Counted from the stretch's first letter, positions 9,384-18,247 are shown. The stretch is 64,000 nt of DNA from Candidatus Gastranaerophilales bacterium Zag_111 (GCA_001899395.1 MOYD01000024.1:436-64435); one strand, 5' to 3'. Made by a program: numbers and translations. Notes: a model not told the origin generated them from the sequence alone.

Positions 9384-9457
9384 TGGAAGGTCGTCTAAAG
9401 GTAGGACACGGGACTTTGACTCCTGCAATAATAGTTCGAGTCTATTTCTTCCAGCCA
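9384..9457 (+). tRNA. tRNA-Gln (anticodon UUG), CCA encoded
   Basis: Hand-folded cloverleaf: acceptor TGGAAGG/TCTTCCA, D GTCT/GGAC, anticodon stem CGGGA/TCCTG, loop CTTTGAC, T AATAG-TTCGAGT-CTATT. U1-A72 and G73 are typical of tRNA-Gln. Confidence 0.85.
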
Positions 9458-9485
9458 TTATACCCAATGAATAGGAGGATATACT

Positions 9486-9878
9486 ATGAAAATTTCAAGA
9501 CAAGAGATTGAAGATGTTGTTAAGCAGTATAAGCTCTCGGGTCAAAGTAAAATGCCAAGTGATGAAATTGTCTATAAGGCGGACCATGGATTTTACAAAT
9601 ATGAACTCTATAATCTTGATGGCGAGATTGCGGCATTTATCTTACCTCGACTCTATGAATATAGAAAGTCTTGTTCTCAATGGATTCCTTCTGATATTCT
9701 TGAGTCTTGTGATGGTAATGAAGCTGAAGCATATAAGAAATGGAAGAAAATTCTTAAGAAAATGATTGTAGCTTTTTATTATGTTGCAAAAGGCTCAACG
9801 TGTAGTGAAGAAGAGGACAAAAAAGTAGAAAAAGGACTTAGATTATTCTCAAAATATCTTACGTCCCTTTGGACTTAA
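9486..9878 (+). CDS. Hypothetical protein
   Basis: RBS AGGAGG. Intact 130-aa ORF. Confidence 0.6.
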   Translation: MKISRQEIEDVVKQYKLSGQSKMPSDEIVYKADHGFYKYELYNLDGEIAAFILPRLYEYRKSCSQWIPSDILESCDGNEAEAYKKWKKILKKMIVAFYYVAKGSTCSEEEDKKVEKGLRLFSKYLTSLWT

Positions 9879-9879
9879 A

Positions 9880-10138
9880 GATATAAATGCGTGTAGAGAT
9901 AGCACGAAGTAATCAATTAGATTGCGGCTTAATTGACGAATCGAAAGACGTAGCAGTTAAGTTTTCAGTATGAAGGTCTTAGCTCTGGGAAATAGTTGAG
10001 GTCGAAAGACGGGAGTAAAGATTGGACTGAAACGGGGTTGCCTGACGACCTGCGTAGCTCAACCGCTAGACAATAGAAACAGGCTTGGCTGCTTTGCGGC
10101 GACAGAGTTCTCCTATCTCACAAAGGGAGTTCTAATAT
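9880..10138 (+). other. ORF-less structured spacer (possible small RNA) upstream of tRNA-Asn
   Basis: No ORF. Repeated TCGAAAGACG hairpin motifs. GGTTG..CAACC stem. Confidence 0.25.
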
Positions 10139-10210
10139 TCTTCTTTAGCTCAGCGGCAGAGCACCCATCTGTTAAACGGGAGGTCGTTGGTTCGAGTCCA
10201 ACAAGAAGAA
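10139..10210 (+). tRNA. tRNA-Asn (anticodon GUU)
   Basis: Acceptor TCTTCTT/AAGAAGA, D GCTC/GAGC, anticodon loop CTGTTAA (one A-C mismatch in the stem), T GTTGG-TTCGAGT-CCAAC. Confidence 0.8.
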
Positions 10211-10216
10211 TTATAT

Positions 10217-10537
10217 GGGGTCGTATTAGGTTCGACAGCATAATGGAAAATATTAAGCAAGCAAACCTTTTAACAAGAAATTGCACTAGTAATTTTGCAA
10301 TGGCTGCCTAAGTGCAGCCCGTCAATTATAAGTTCCTGTTGCGGCTTATAAGTTGGCGTGGATTAGCAACAGAAAAACTCAGGACAATTGTAATGCGTCT
10401 TGTTTCACCTCCTAAATTACATGGCGGCTCAATAGTTTTGTTCATTTTGTAGAGCTACTATATTAAAATGAAATAAGCTTGTAGAAAGATATTGGAAGTT
10501 ATGTTGGACAGGAGTGCAATTCTCCTCGACTCCACCA
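10217..10537 (+). ncRNA. ssrA: tmRNA (SsrA)
   Basis: 5' GGGGTCGTATTAGGTTCGAC pairs with 3' CGACTCCACCA and includes the G3-U70 Ala identity pair. T-arm AGGAG-TGCAATT-CTCCT. Internal tag frame ..ANLLTRNCTSNFAMAA-TAA. Confidence 0.85.
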
Positions 10538-10564
10538 AGACAGAGGCAGTTAATTGCCTCATAT

Positions 10565-10638
10565 TCTCCGTAAGCTTTAAGGTGAAGCACCGACCTTTTA
10601 AGTCGGAGAAGAGAGATCGTTACTCTCACGGAGAACCA
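10565..10638 (+). tRNA. tRNA-Lys (anticodon UUU), CCA encoded
   Basis: Acceptor TCTCCGT/ACGGAGA, D GCTT/AAGC, anticodon stem CCGAC/GTCGG, loop CTTTTAA. The T-loop ATCGTTA is atypical. Confidence 0.7.
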
Positions 10639-10721
10639 TTTAGACACTCGCAGCCAATTTTATATTAATTTTATTTTGAAAATTATTACAAGTGTCTAGT
10701 CAATTAAAAAGGAGGTAGACA

Positions 10722-12032
10722 ATGGATTTCCGAAAACTAAAATCAATTGGCAATTGGGCAAATCTAAATAGTATAGATTACCAAACTTATATGGAATGTA
10801 TAAAGTTTAGGTTTCTAGAAATTAAAGAAATTTTCCCTGAAATTGATTGGGAGCTATTCAAAACCCATACTCTATCTGAAAGTTTTATTCCAGACAGAGC
10901 AAAGTATAAATATGCAGATAAATTTCTAACTGGTTTTGCTTTTGCAAAAGAAAAGTCTGCCGCCGAAGTTGAATTAATTAATCAAATTTTGTCTATTAGT
11001 ACTCTTGACTTTAGAGAATATGAGATTATAGGTTGGTTACATCAAAATTATTATAATCTTGATAAGAAAGACGTTGATAAGAAACGCCGAGAGGGTAAAG
11101 CTACAAATGAACAAAGTGAGCTAGAAAAGACTTCTCAGATTTTTACTCCTAAGTGGATTGTAGAATATTTAGTTCAGAATAGTTTAACTTATTATTCTAG
11201 AGAACTTATGGAAGATTATAGCCAAATACTAGATTATTGTGATTATTTTACTCCTAATGCTGTTGGGATTAAAGATAGTAATTCAATTAAAGTTCTTGAA
11301 CCTTGTTGCGGCTGTGGAATGTTTATAATTCAAATATTAGATTTCTTACAGCGTTTTATTGTAAAAGATATTCGCCGCATTTGGAATGAGAATATGATTG
11401 TCTATGCGGATTTAGATCCAAAAGTAATTGATGTTACAGATTTCATTTGCTATGTTTACAATCTTACAAGAAATTTTGATTATCAACCTCATGGATTCCT
11501 ATATCAAAATGAACTAGGATTTATGGATTGTGATTGTGAGATTTGTAAAGACAAGTATGACGTAATATTAACAAATCCTCCTTATGTTGGAAATAAGAAT
11601 CTTCCTAAAGAAACAAGAGAATATTTGAAAAAGAATCTGCCGCTTGGTAAAGCAGATTTATGCACGGCGGCCATGGAACAATCTATGAAGATTTTGAAAC
11701 CTAATGGAATGATCTCGATGGTAACATCCGATAGCTGGATGTTCTTGAGTAGTTTTGAAAAGCTAAGAGAAAAAATTATTGATGGTTATGATATTATTAC
11801 AATGGCTCATTTAGGTGCTGGTGCTTTTCAAAATGTTCAAGGTAGTGTTGTTAGAGCTACAGCTTTTGTTCTTCAAGAAGGCAGAATTGAGAACTTAAAT
11901 GGACATTATTTTAGACTAGTTGATTCAAAAAATAAGGAAAAAGATTTCTTTGTATGTCATTTCGATGATGTCAAATTTTTGACTTCTGAAGAGTTTTGTG
12001 ATATAATAAATATAGAAAAAGAAAAGAGGTGA
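10722..12032 (+). CDS. N6-adenine DNA methyltransferase (gamma-class, Eco57I/PglX-like)
   Basis: Motif I EPCCGCGMF, motif IV LTNPPYVG, upstream FTPKWIVEYL. Confidence 0.75.
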   Translation: MDFRKLKSIGNWANLNSIDYQTYMECIKFRFLEIKEIFPEIDWELFKTHTLSESFIPDRAKYKYADKFLTGFAFAKEKSAAEVELINQILSISTLDFREYEIIGWLHQNYYNLDKKDVDKKRREGKATNEQSELEKTSQIFTPKWIVEYLVQNSLTYYSRELMEDYSQILDYCDYFTPNAVGIKDSNSIKVLEPCCGCGMFIIQILDFLQRFIVKDIRRIWNENMIVYADLDPKVIDVTDFICYVYNLTRNFDYQPHGFLYQNELGFMDCDCEICKDKYDVILTNPPYVGNKNLPKETREYLKKNLPLGKADLCTAAMEQSMKILKPNGMISMVTSDSWMFLSSFEKLREKIIDGYDIITMAHLGAGAFQNVQGSVVRATAFVLQEGRIENLNGHYFRLVDSKNKEKDFFVCHFDDVKFLTSEEFCDIINIEKEKR

Positions 12033-13145
12033 GAAAGATATTAAGAGGATTTAAAACAAATATTTATCCAACAAAAGAGCAAGAAGATATTCTTTTTGCA
12101 TATTGTGAATACGCTCATAAAATGAGAAATTTTTTAGTAGAGAAATTCAAAGATAATCTACCTAAAGTGGGACCTTATGGAATTATTGGGTACAATGAGA
12201 AAAAATTATTAGAAGAATTTAGTGAGAGAGAAATTCCTAGAATTCCCTTACCGCATCTTTTATTAAAAGGAGTAATAAGAGGATATGCAACTTCCGTTAG
12301 AAAAACATATAAGAAGCTTGCACGCCCACCCAAATTTCACAAATATATTGCAAACAAACAGTCTTTTTATATTCCAAAAGATTATTCTATCATATCTAAT
12401 ACAATAGTTTTACCTCTCAAGAGAAACACTTGATCCAAAAATATCAAGAATTAAAGCTGAAAGAGTTTATCTTGAAAAATTTAGTATTACTCAAGTAAAA
12501 GAACCTAGATATACTTATCAAAATGGGAAATGGTATATTTCAGGTTGCTATGAGGATGGTATTACTCCACAAAAGAAAGAAACAACTTTTGTAGGTCTTG
12601 ATTGGGGGATTAAAAATTTTATGACAACCTCATAGGGGGAGTTGATAAATTATCCAGATAGTGTAATTAGAGAATATGAACGGATTAAAAAATTAATATC
12701 TATTAGAGATAAAAAAGATAAAGGTTCAAATAATTACCTAAAAATTGATAATAAAATAAATGAAGCTTGGGAAAGATTTGATAACTTAAAAAGAGATTTT
12801 ATTGAGCAGATTACAAATAAATTATGTAAAAATTATAATATTGCAGTTGAAGACTTAACTGATGCAAAAATATTAAAATCAACTAAAAATAGGAGACGTT
12901 TAAGACTTATAGCACCAAGATATCTTTTTATTGAAAAAGCAAAATGGAAATGTCAAAAATATGGTACGCAATTTGTTGAAGTTAATCCAGCATATACTTC
13001 TAGAACTTGCAGTAAATGTGGAAAAGTTAAAGAGAATCTATCATTACAAGATAGAATTTTTAAATGTGAATGTGGATTTGAATTAGACCGAGATATAAAT
13101 GCGGCAATTAATATTGCTGCAAGGGGAGCCTGTGAAGCCCTTTAA
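12029..13145 (+). CDS. tnpB: TnpB-like RNA-guided nuclease (IS200/IS605 OrfB family), frameshifted with one in-frame TAG, no TnpA
   Basis: GFKTNIYPTKEQ..PPKFHK. RuvC-I VGLDWGIKN, RuvC-II IAVEDL, zinc ribbon CSKCG..CECG, RuvC-III DRDINAAINIA. +1 frame change near 12425. TAG at 12633. Confidence 0.8.
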
Positions 13146-13290
13146 AACCACAACATGGTTAATCAAAATGATATCACAGCAAGCGGTAAGACGTTGGGAA
13201 GTAGACGAATAGGTACAGTCAGCGGTCCCTAAAACCGTGTGTTAAGGGTTCAAGTTTGGACCCAATAATAAGCGATTATTATTGAAAAGC
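13146..13290 (+). ncRNA. Candidate TnpB omega/reRNA scaffold
   Basis: GC-richer, ORF-less segment directly 3' of tnpB, where omega RNAs normally lie. No model was run. Confidence 0.3.
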
Positions 13291-13430
13291 TATTGAATTG
13301 CTGGAAACTTTACAAAGTAATCAGCAGCGAATTAATACGTTCAACGATTATTCTAATTGAAGTACAGCTTTGCTGGAAGCAATAGCCACCTCAAGCAGGT
13401 GATGATATAATCTATTTTATATTTATTCTA
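13290..13430 (+). ncRNA. Group-I-intron-like ribozyme core (compact or degenerate)
   Basis: ATTGCTGGAAA..AATCAGCAGCG..GTTCAACGATTATTCT..GAAGTA..GATGATATAATC parallels the cores of the 54730 and 55092 introns. The P7 pair is GATTA/TAATC instead of GACTA/TAGTC (compensatory change). Confidence 0.45.
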
Positions 13431-13471
13431 AATATAAAGCGAACCCCTTCTTCCCATCCAAAATGAAAATA

Positions 13472-13505
13472 GCCTCGTCATTTACAGACGGGGCTTATTT
13501 TTTAC
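13472..13505 (+). terminator. Rho-independent terminator
   Basis: GCCTCGTC-loop-GACGGGGC followed by TTATTTTTT. Confidence 0.75.
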
Positions 13506-13517
13506 TCTTATTAAAGT

Positions 13518-13546
13518 TTGACTTTTATAAAAATTTATGATATAAT
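13518..13546 (+). promoter_or_regulatory. Early promoter cassette
   Basis: TTGACT, 17 nt, TGATATAAT. Confidence 0.75.
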
Positions 13547-13588
13547 ATATATAGAAGGTAAGGGAAAGAGAACCGAAAGGAGTTTATT

Positions 13589-13945
13589 ATGAGTTACATG
13601 AGAAGTATAGATGGATGGGCAGACAATGTTTATGCTGAAAAATATAAAGCTATGGGATTGGACTTGTCCATTACAGTAAAAGATTTAATGAATATTTTTG
13701 ATGATTGGAATTTGGGTGTAGATGGAGTTAGCTTTTATAATGGCGATAGAAAAATATTCTCAAAGACGGTTAGAACAAATCATAAATGGAATGCTGAAAC
13801 AATGGATTGGGATACAGAAGAACCGATTCCATGGAAAGAATTGATTAAAACAGTAGATGAGAAGGATCTGAAAAAGAAGGTCTATAGAGCAGAAGAAGAT
13901 TGTTTTCCAGACGGAAGTAATTGGTTAAGCATTTACACCAATTGA
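13589..13945 (+). CDS. Hypothetical protein
   Basis: RBS AAAGGAG. Intact 118-aa ORF. Confidence 0.6.
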   Translation: MSYMRSIDGWADNVYAEKYKAMGLDLSITVKDLMNIFDDWNLGVDGVSFYNGDRKIFSKTVRTNHKWNAETMDWDTEEPIPWKELIKTVDEKDLKKKVYRAEEDCFPDGSNWLSIYTN

Positions 13946-13956
13946 AAGGAGATACT

Positions 13957-14133
13957 ATGAAACTCATAAAATCAATTCCTTATATACTTTGCTTCGCCGC
14001 CATTCTCTATATGGGTTTTTCCTATATTGATGTTGTAACTCATAATGAGCCAATGAGCGAACACTATGGAGAATATTCAGATTATAATTTCTTTGTCCTC
14101 TATACTGATTTGCTTGGTGATGCTAATGACTAA
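13957..14133 (+). CDS. Small membrane protein
   Basis: ATG after AAGGAG. One TM helix (ILCFAAILYMGF). Confidence 0.5.
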   Translation: MKLIKSIPYILCFAAILYMGFSYIDVVTHNEPMSEHYGEYSDYNFFVLYTDLLGDAND

Positions 14134-14539
14134 GAATTTACTGCGGCGGCTTGAAGTATTCTATGATGATATTGGGGATGAATGTCCCTATAGAACAAAA
14201 ACAGTAGCTTTTTTAATTAGACAAAATAAGATAATTGCTTTTGGCGTTAATTCATTTAAGACAGATCCAAAGCAAAGGAAATGGCAACGCAGATGTTACT
14301 ATAAAGAATATGATAATTATATTTACAATCGCCGCCACGCTGAAATTGATTGTATTGCAAGGACGCCGCATGATACTGATTTCTCAAAGTGTGAGATGGT
14401 AGTTCTTTCAAAAAAGAAAGATAATAGCTTTCGTCTTGCAAAACCTTGTCCAGCTTGTATGGCGGCGATTCAAAACAAGAAGATAAAAAGAATTTGGTTT
14501 TCGACATACGATAATGATGTTATTGAGAGGAGTTTATAA
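14126..14539 (+). CDS. Cytidine/dCMP deaminase-like zinc enzyme
   Basis: HAEIDCI and PCPACMAAI (HxE...PCxxC) zinc-deaminase signature. Confidence 0.65.
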   Translation: MTKNLLRRLEVFYDDIGDECPYRTKTVAFLIRQNKIIAFGVNSFKTDPKQRKWQRRCYYKEYDNYIYNRRHAEIDCIARTPHDTDFSKCEMVVLSKKKDNSFRLAKPCPACMAAIQNKKIKRIWFSTYDNDVIERSL

Positions 14540-14673
14540 TGGGAATAGTTTGGTTTCTTTGGGGATTGATTGTTGGTGCGCCGTTTGGTATTCTTATGAT
14601 TGCAATGTTAAGTGCAGGGCGGCAAGATGATGAAGCACATGGAAGATTAGAAGGAGATGAGAGTGAAGAATGA
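14539..14673 (+). CDS. Small membrane protein (44 aa)
   Basis: ATG overlaps the preceding stop. Hydrophobic N-terminus, acidic tail. Confidence 0.35.
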   Translation: MGIVWFLWGLIVGAPFGILMIAMLSAGRQDDEAHGRLEGDESEE

Positions 14674-14713
14674 TTTAGCTTTCAGCTTATAACGATTGAA
14701 AGGAGGTATCACG

Positions 14714-14830
14714 ATGCAAATTTTATGGTTTATTTTAGGAAGTCTTTTTGGTGCGTGCTTGGGAAAAATACTTGCACACGTATTTAATCAGCGAGATAAT
14801 AAAAAGCAAAGGAAGGAAGATAAAGAATGA
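14714..14830 (+). CDS. Small membrane protein (38 aa)
   Basis: RBS AAGGAGG. N-terminus similar to the 14539 peptide (WFILGSLFGA). Confidence 0.35.
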   Translation: MQILWFILGSLFGACLGKILAHVFNQRDNKKQRKEDKE

Positions 14831-15048
14831 TGTGGATGTTTCTTTTGGCGGCAGTATTGAATGTTGCTGTTGCAGTATTTATTTTTGAAGATTTTCTTCA
14901 GGACGAGCATTGGGGAACGAAGCTATTATCTTTATTCTTTTGCATTGTATTGTTACTAGGAGTTTTTTCGTTCCTAACTGAATTCAGTCAAAAATTGGCG
15001 GCGAAGCAATACACTTCTATTGAAATTTCTACTGATAGAGAAGTTTGA
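14827..15048 (+). CDS. Small membrane protein
   Basis: Two TM helices. Overlaps the previous stop. Confidence 0.45.
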   Translation: MMWMFLLAAVLNVAVAVFIFEDFLQDEHWGTKLLSLFFCIVLLLGVFSFLTEFSQKLAAKQYTSIEISTDREV

Positions 15049-15073
15049 CTTTTATAGAAAATTATGATATAAT
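15045..15073 (+). promoter_or_regulatory. Early promoter cassette
   Basis: TTGACT, 17 nt, TGATATAAT. Confidence 0.75.
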
Positions 15074-15121
15074 AAATATAGAAGATAAGGAAAAGAGCTT
15101 AAATTCTGAAAGGAGTTTACT

Positions 15122-15433
15122 ATGATTGAATTGAGAAATGATTGCGTTGGTTGCGAAACTTGTTACGGTTATTGCTCAAAGCGTGGTAATTATGAGGTTA
15201 TTATGTGTGATGATTGCGGCGAGGATGTCGAACGAGCAATTGTAATCAATGGTAAACAGTTTTGTGAGGAATGTGCAATTGAATACTTGCTTAATACTTA
15301 TGGCGATCGTATTACTTTTGAAATGTTAAAACAATATGATTGTGAGTGTGTTGAGGATTTTTCTTATTTGGAACTTGATACAATTGCAAATGCTCTTGGC
15401 GTTCAATATGAGATCGAGGAGGTTGGAGAATAA
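15122..15433 (+). CDS. Cys-rich zinc-finger protein
   Basis: CVGCETC, CDDCG and CEEC pairs. RBS AAAGGAG. Confidence 0.6.
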   Translation: MIELRNDCVGCETCYGYCSKRGNYEVIMCDDCGEDVERAIVINGKQFCEECAIEYLLNTYGDRITFEMLKQYDCECVEDFSYLELDTIANALGVQYEIEEVGE

Positions 15434-15717
15434 TGTATTTAATTACAAGCTGTGATTTTGCTTCTGGTGACGAAAGCTGTAGATTAACCGATTCTATTGA
15501 GTGGGCTTTTAGAATTTTTAGAGAAGAAACTGGTTCTATTTTTATTGATTTATTAGTTGATAATGACATGAAAACTAAAGAATCAATGACTGCATATTTT
15601 AGTGTCAATGGTGTAGAATACAGAGGAATCCCAGCTCCATCTGATAATATTAAAGAAATGTTTTTGTTAATAGATGGTTTATTTTCTGTTACGTTGAAAG
15701 AAATCGAGGTAGAATAA
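15433..15717 (+). CDS. Hypothetical protein
   Basis: RBS GAGGAGG. Intact ORF. Confidence 0.55.
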   Translation: MYLITSCDFASGDESCRLTDSIEWAFRIFREETGSIFIDLLVDNDMKTKESMTAYFSVNGVEYRGIPAPSDNIKEMFLLIDGLFSVTLKEIEVE

Positions 15718-15718
15718 T

Positions 15719-16165
15719 ATGGCATACTCAAGGCAATTGAAATTTGAAACTGAATTATTAAAAAAGTATGAGGATGGAGAAAGACTTTATGCAGCTCAAG
15801 TCTATGGGAAACTCTATCATGGATTCAATTGTATTCTTATGAGATTCGACAAAGAACCTTATCTGAATAATGATCTATATGAAGACACAGCAATAACAAT
15901 GCAAGGTTTAGAGGAATATAGTGAATTTGAAGGTACTCCAGTTGAAGAAGAAGTAACTTATATGACTAAGAAAATTAAAGTTCTAAACTTTGGCGGGCAG
16001 CGTTATCTCCAAAAGAAATTCGTTGATTACTTTAAGTTTGGAAGAAATTATCAAGTTAAGTTTTATGTTCCAAAAAATAACGCACCAATTCTATTATTTG
16101 ATACGAATAGTGCAATTCCAGATGGAATTATTGCTCAGTTTAAGCGGAGGGATCAGGATGAATAA
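15719..16165 (+). CDS. Hypothetical protein, paralog of 25264..25686
   Basis: Shared ILMRFD, KKFVDYF, P.L.FD and GII motifs. Confidence 0.6.
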   Translation: MAYSRQLKFETELLKKYEDGERLYAAQVYGKLYHGFNCILMRFDKEPYLNNDLYEDTAITMQGLEEYSEFEGTPVEEEVTYMTKKIKVLNFGGQRYLQKKFVDYFKFGRNYQVKFYVPKNNAPILLFDTNSAIPDGIIAQFKRRDQDE

Positions 16166-16451
16166 AGAAGATTTTGTTAGCTTTATGAATAGATTTATGG
16201 GAAAGCGAGAGGAAGTTGAAGAATTTTATCAAGATTTGGATCAGTGTTTTGGCGGCATTGATAGAGTGATTGAGAATTCTTATATGATGGAAGTTATTGA
16301 TCTGCTTGTACTAGTTCTTGATGATAAGAATGGGTGGCTCGATTGGTTCCTTTTTGAGCAAGATGGCAAATTCGGCGGCAAGTATTGGTGTGACGGACAG
16401 GAATGTGTGCTTTCGTCTTACGGAGAGCTATATGATATTATAAAGGCTTAA
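16158..16451 (+). CDS. Hypothetical protein
   Basis: ATG after GGAGGG. Intact ORF. Confidence 0.55.
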   Translation: MNKEDFVSFMNRFMGKREEVEEFYQDLDQCFGGIDRVIENSYMMEVIDLLVLVLDDKNGWLDWFLFEQDGKFGGKYWCDGQECVLSSYGELYDIIKA

Positions 16452-16455
16452 AAAC

Positions 16456-16484
16456 TTTACTTTCAAATAAAATTATGATATAAT
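16456..16484 (+). promoter_or_regulatory. Early promoter cassette
   Basis: TTTACT, 17 nt, TGATATAAT. Confidence 0.7.
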
Positions 16485-16529
16485 ATATATAGAAGGTAAG
16501 GAAAAGAGAACTTGTAAAGGAGCTTAAAT

Positions 16530-16916
16530 ATGTATAGAGTAGAAACTTTTGGAATATCTGATGACGGTCAAATGACGATGGGTAACACGATTTATGGATT
16601 TAAGACTTTGAGAGCTGTTTATGAATGTCTTCTCAATGAAACTGATATGTACACTCTTTACAATGATGATGCTGAGGAAGGCTACGATATCAACCTGCCA
16701 GGCATTGGCTATGTAAATGCAGCTACAATTGCAAAGCGGCTGTTTCCAGAAGAATATAATGCTTATTGTGATAAAATCTATACTGCTCTTGCAGAAGAAG
16801 CTCAATTATTCTTTAATGATTTTGCAGCCGATGAAATTCTTCAGGCTCAAGGTGAAGGATATTTGAATCGGTTTCCAAGTAGAAAAGGCGGCTTTGTAAT
16901 TTATCAGGAGGATTGA
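16530..16916 (+). CDS. Hypothetical protein
   Basis: RBS AAAGGAG. Intact ORF. Confidence 0.6.
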   Translation: MYRVETFGISDDGQMTMGNTIYGFKTLRAVYECLLNETDMYTLYNDDAEEGYDINLPGIGYVNAATIAKRLFPEEYNAYCDKIYTALAEEAQLFFNDFAADEILQAQGEGYLNRFPSRKGGFVIYQED

Positions 16917-16920
16917 ACAT

Positions 16921-17187
16921 ATGATAGGACGTATTATGGCATATTATGAAAATCCAGATAGTACTGTAGTAACAGGAGCAATTCTTCCAGTAACATATGA
17001 AAACAATTTCAAATCTGCTTGCGCCGCCACCTTGTTTAGATGGGGTGAAAGTGAAGCTCTGAAAGCCTTTGAGGATGAATATGGGCTTGAAGATGGCGAC
17101 TATGATTCTAGAGAATATGAAAAAGAGTTTAGAGATTATCAGTGTAGGAGTGAATGTTCCTATGAAGTGTTGGAGGATGGGACATGA
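16921..17187 (+). CDS. Hypothetical protein
   Basis: RBS CAGGAGG. Intact ORF. Confidence 0.55.
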   Translation: MIGRIMAYYENPDSTVVTGAILPVTYENNFKSACAATLFRWGESEALKAFEDEYGLEDGDYDSREYEKEFRDYQCRSECSYEVLEDGT

Positions 17188-17798
17188 GGGATTTAATTTA
17201 TCCAGCAATGGGTGCTAGTAATCATAGTAAAGAAGAGAGAGCGGAACTAGATTACTATGCTACTGATCCAATTGCAGTTAAAGAGCTACTAGAACTCCAT
17301 CCTGAGCTTGTAAATCCTGATTGGAAATACTTAGATTGTTGTGCTGGCGGCGGCGCAATTATGGATGCGTTTTATGAGATTACGGGGATTCAAATGAATG
17401 GAATTGATATTATGCCACGCCGCCAAGACATTATTGTTGATAGCTATATGAATGTTGATTGTAAAGATAAATACAATTGTATTATAACCAACTTTCCATA
17501 TGGCGAAGCAACAAAGTCCAATCCTGTTGGGTTTAGTGAGTTGTTGATTAAATTAATTGAAGATGTAAAGGACGGGGGCTATGTTTGCAGTTTTCAGAAA
17601 CTTCTTCAATTGGAATCAGCTAAACGCTATCAAAAGATTTATTCAAAGTATAAGCCACAATATGTTTATGTCTATGCTTCTCGCCGCAATTGTTATAAGA
17701 ATGGAGATACCGCTCAAAAGCAATCAGCGGTATGCTATACTTGGACAATTTTTCATAAAGGATATGGCGGCGAAACAATATTGAGATGGATTCCTTAA
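17184..17798 (+). CDS. DNA methyltransferase (amino-MTase, N6A or N4C)
   Basis: Motif I DCCAGGGAIMD, motif IV TNFPYG. Confidence 0.65.
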   Translation: MRDLIYPAMGASNHSKEERAELDYYATDPIAVKELLELHPELVNPDWKYLDCCAGGGAIMDAFYEITGIQMNGIDIMPRRQDIIVDSYMNVDCKDKYNCIITNFPYGEATKSNPVGFSELLIKLIEDVKDGGYVCSFQKLLQLESAKRYQKIYSKYKPQYVYVYASRRNCYKNGDTAQKQSAVCYTWTIFHKGYGGETILRWIP

Positions 17799-17817
17799 AT
17801 TTTATTGCTATAAAAAC

Positions 17818-17846
17818 TTTACTTCTATAGAAATTTATGATATAAT
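17818..17846 (+). promoter_or_regulatory. Early promoter cassette
   Basis: TTTACT, 17 nt, TGATATAAT. Confidence 0.7.
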
Positions 17847-17894
17847 ATATATAGAAGGTAAGGGAAAAGAACCAAATTCGAAAGGAGCTTAATT

Positions 17895-18236
17895 ATGAAT
17901 GGAGTAAGAGTTTCTTATGTAGCAAATGGACAGTTGATTGAAGAGGAATATCGTTATCTCGTTGACTTTCTTAATGACGTAGTTAAGGATGATTATGTTG
18001 ATGATACGATTGATGAAACTAATCCAGAAGTTGATGTTTGCGGTATGAAGTATTGTGCTTCTCGTGTACTGAAAGAGCTTGACCCAATTGCATACAGCAT
18101 GGTTCGTGATGATGTTATCAATATGATTGCCGAAGATATTGAGTATGAATTGAATCATTACAGTGATGTAGAAGAATTTGAAGGTTATAAAATTACGCCA
18201 ATTGATAGCGATTACGATGCTGATGAAGAGAATTGA
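17895..18236 (+). CDS. Acidic hypothetical protein, tandem paralog of 18248..18565
   Basis: Shared DDY.D..IDE....V.G..Y.AS.VLK..D..AY pattern. Confidence 0.6.
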   Translation: MNGVRVSYVANGQLIEEEYRYLVDFLNDVVKDDYVDDTIDETNPEVDVCGMKYCASRVLKELDPIAYSMVRDDVINMIAEDIEYELNHYSDVEEFEGYKITPIDSDYDADEEN

Positions 18237-18247
18237 GGAGGAATTTT

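Noticed and set aside
9274-9474. ORF of 66 aa
   Set aside because: It overlaps tRNA-Gln and the structured RNA, has no RBS, and its composition does not look protein-like.
10429-10647. Minus-strand ORF of 72 aa
   Set aside because: It lies antisense to the tmRNA 3' part and tRNA-Lys.
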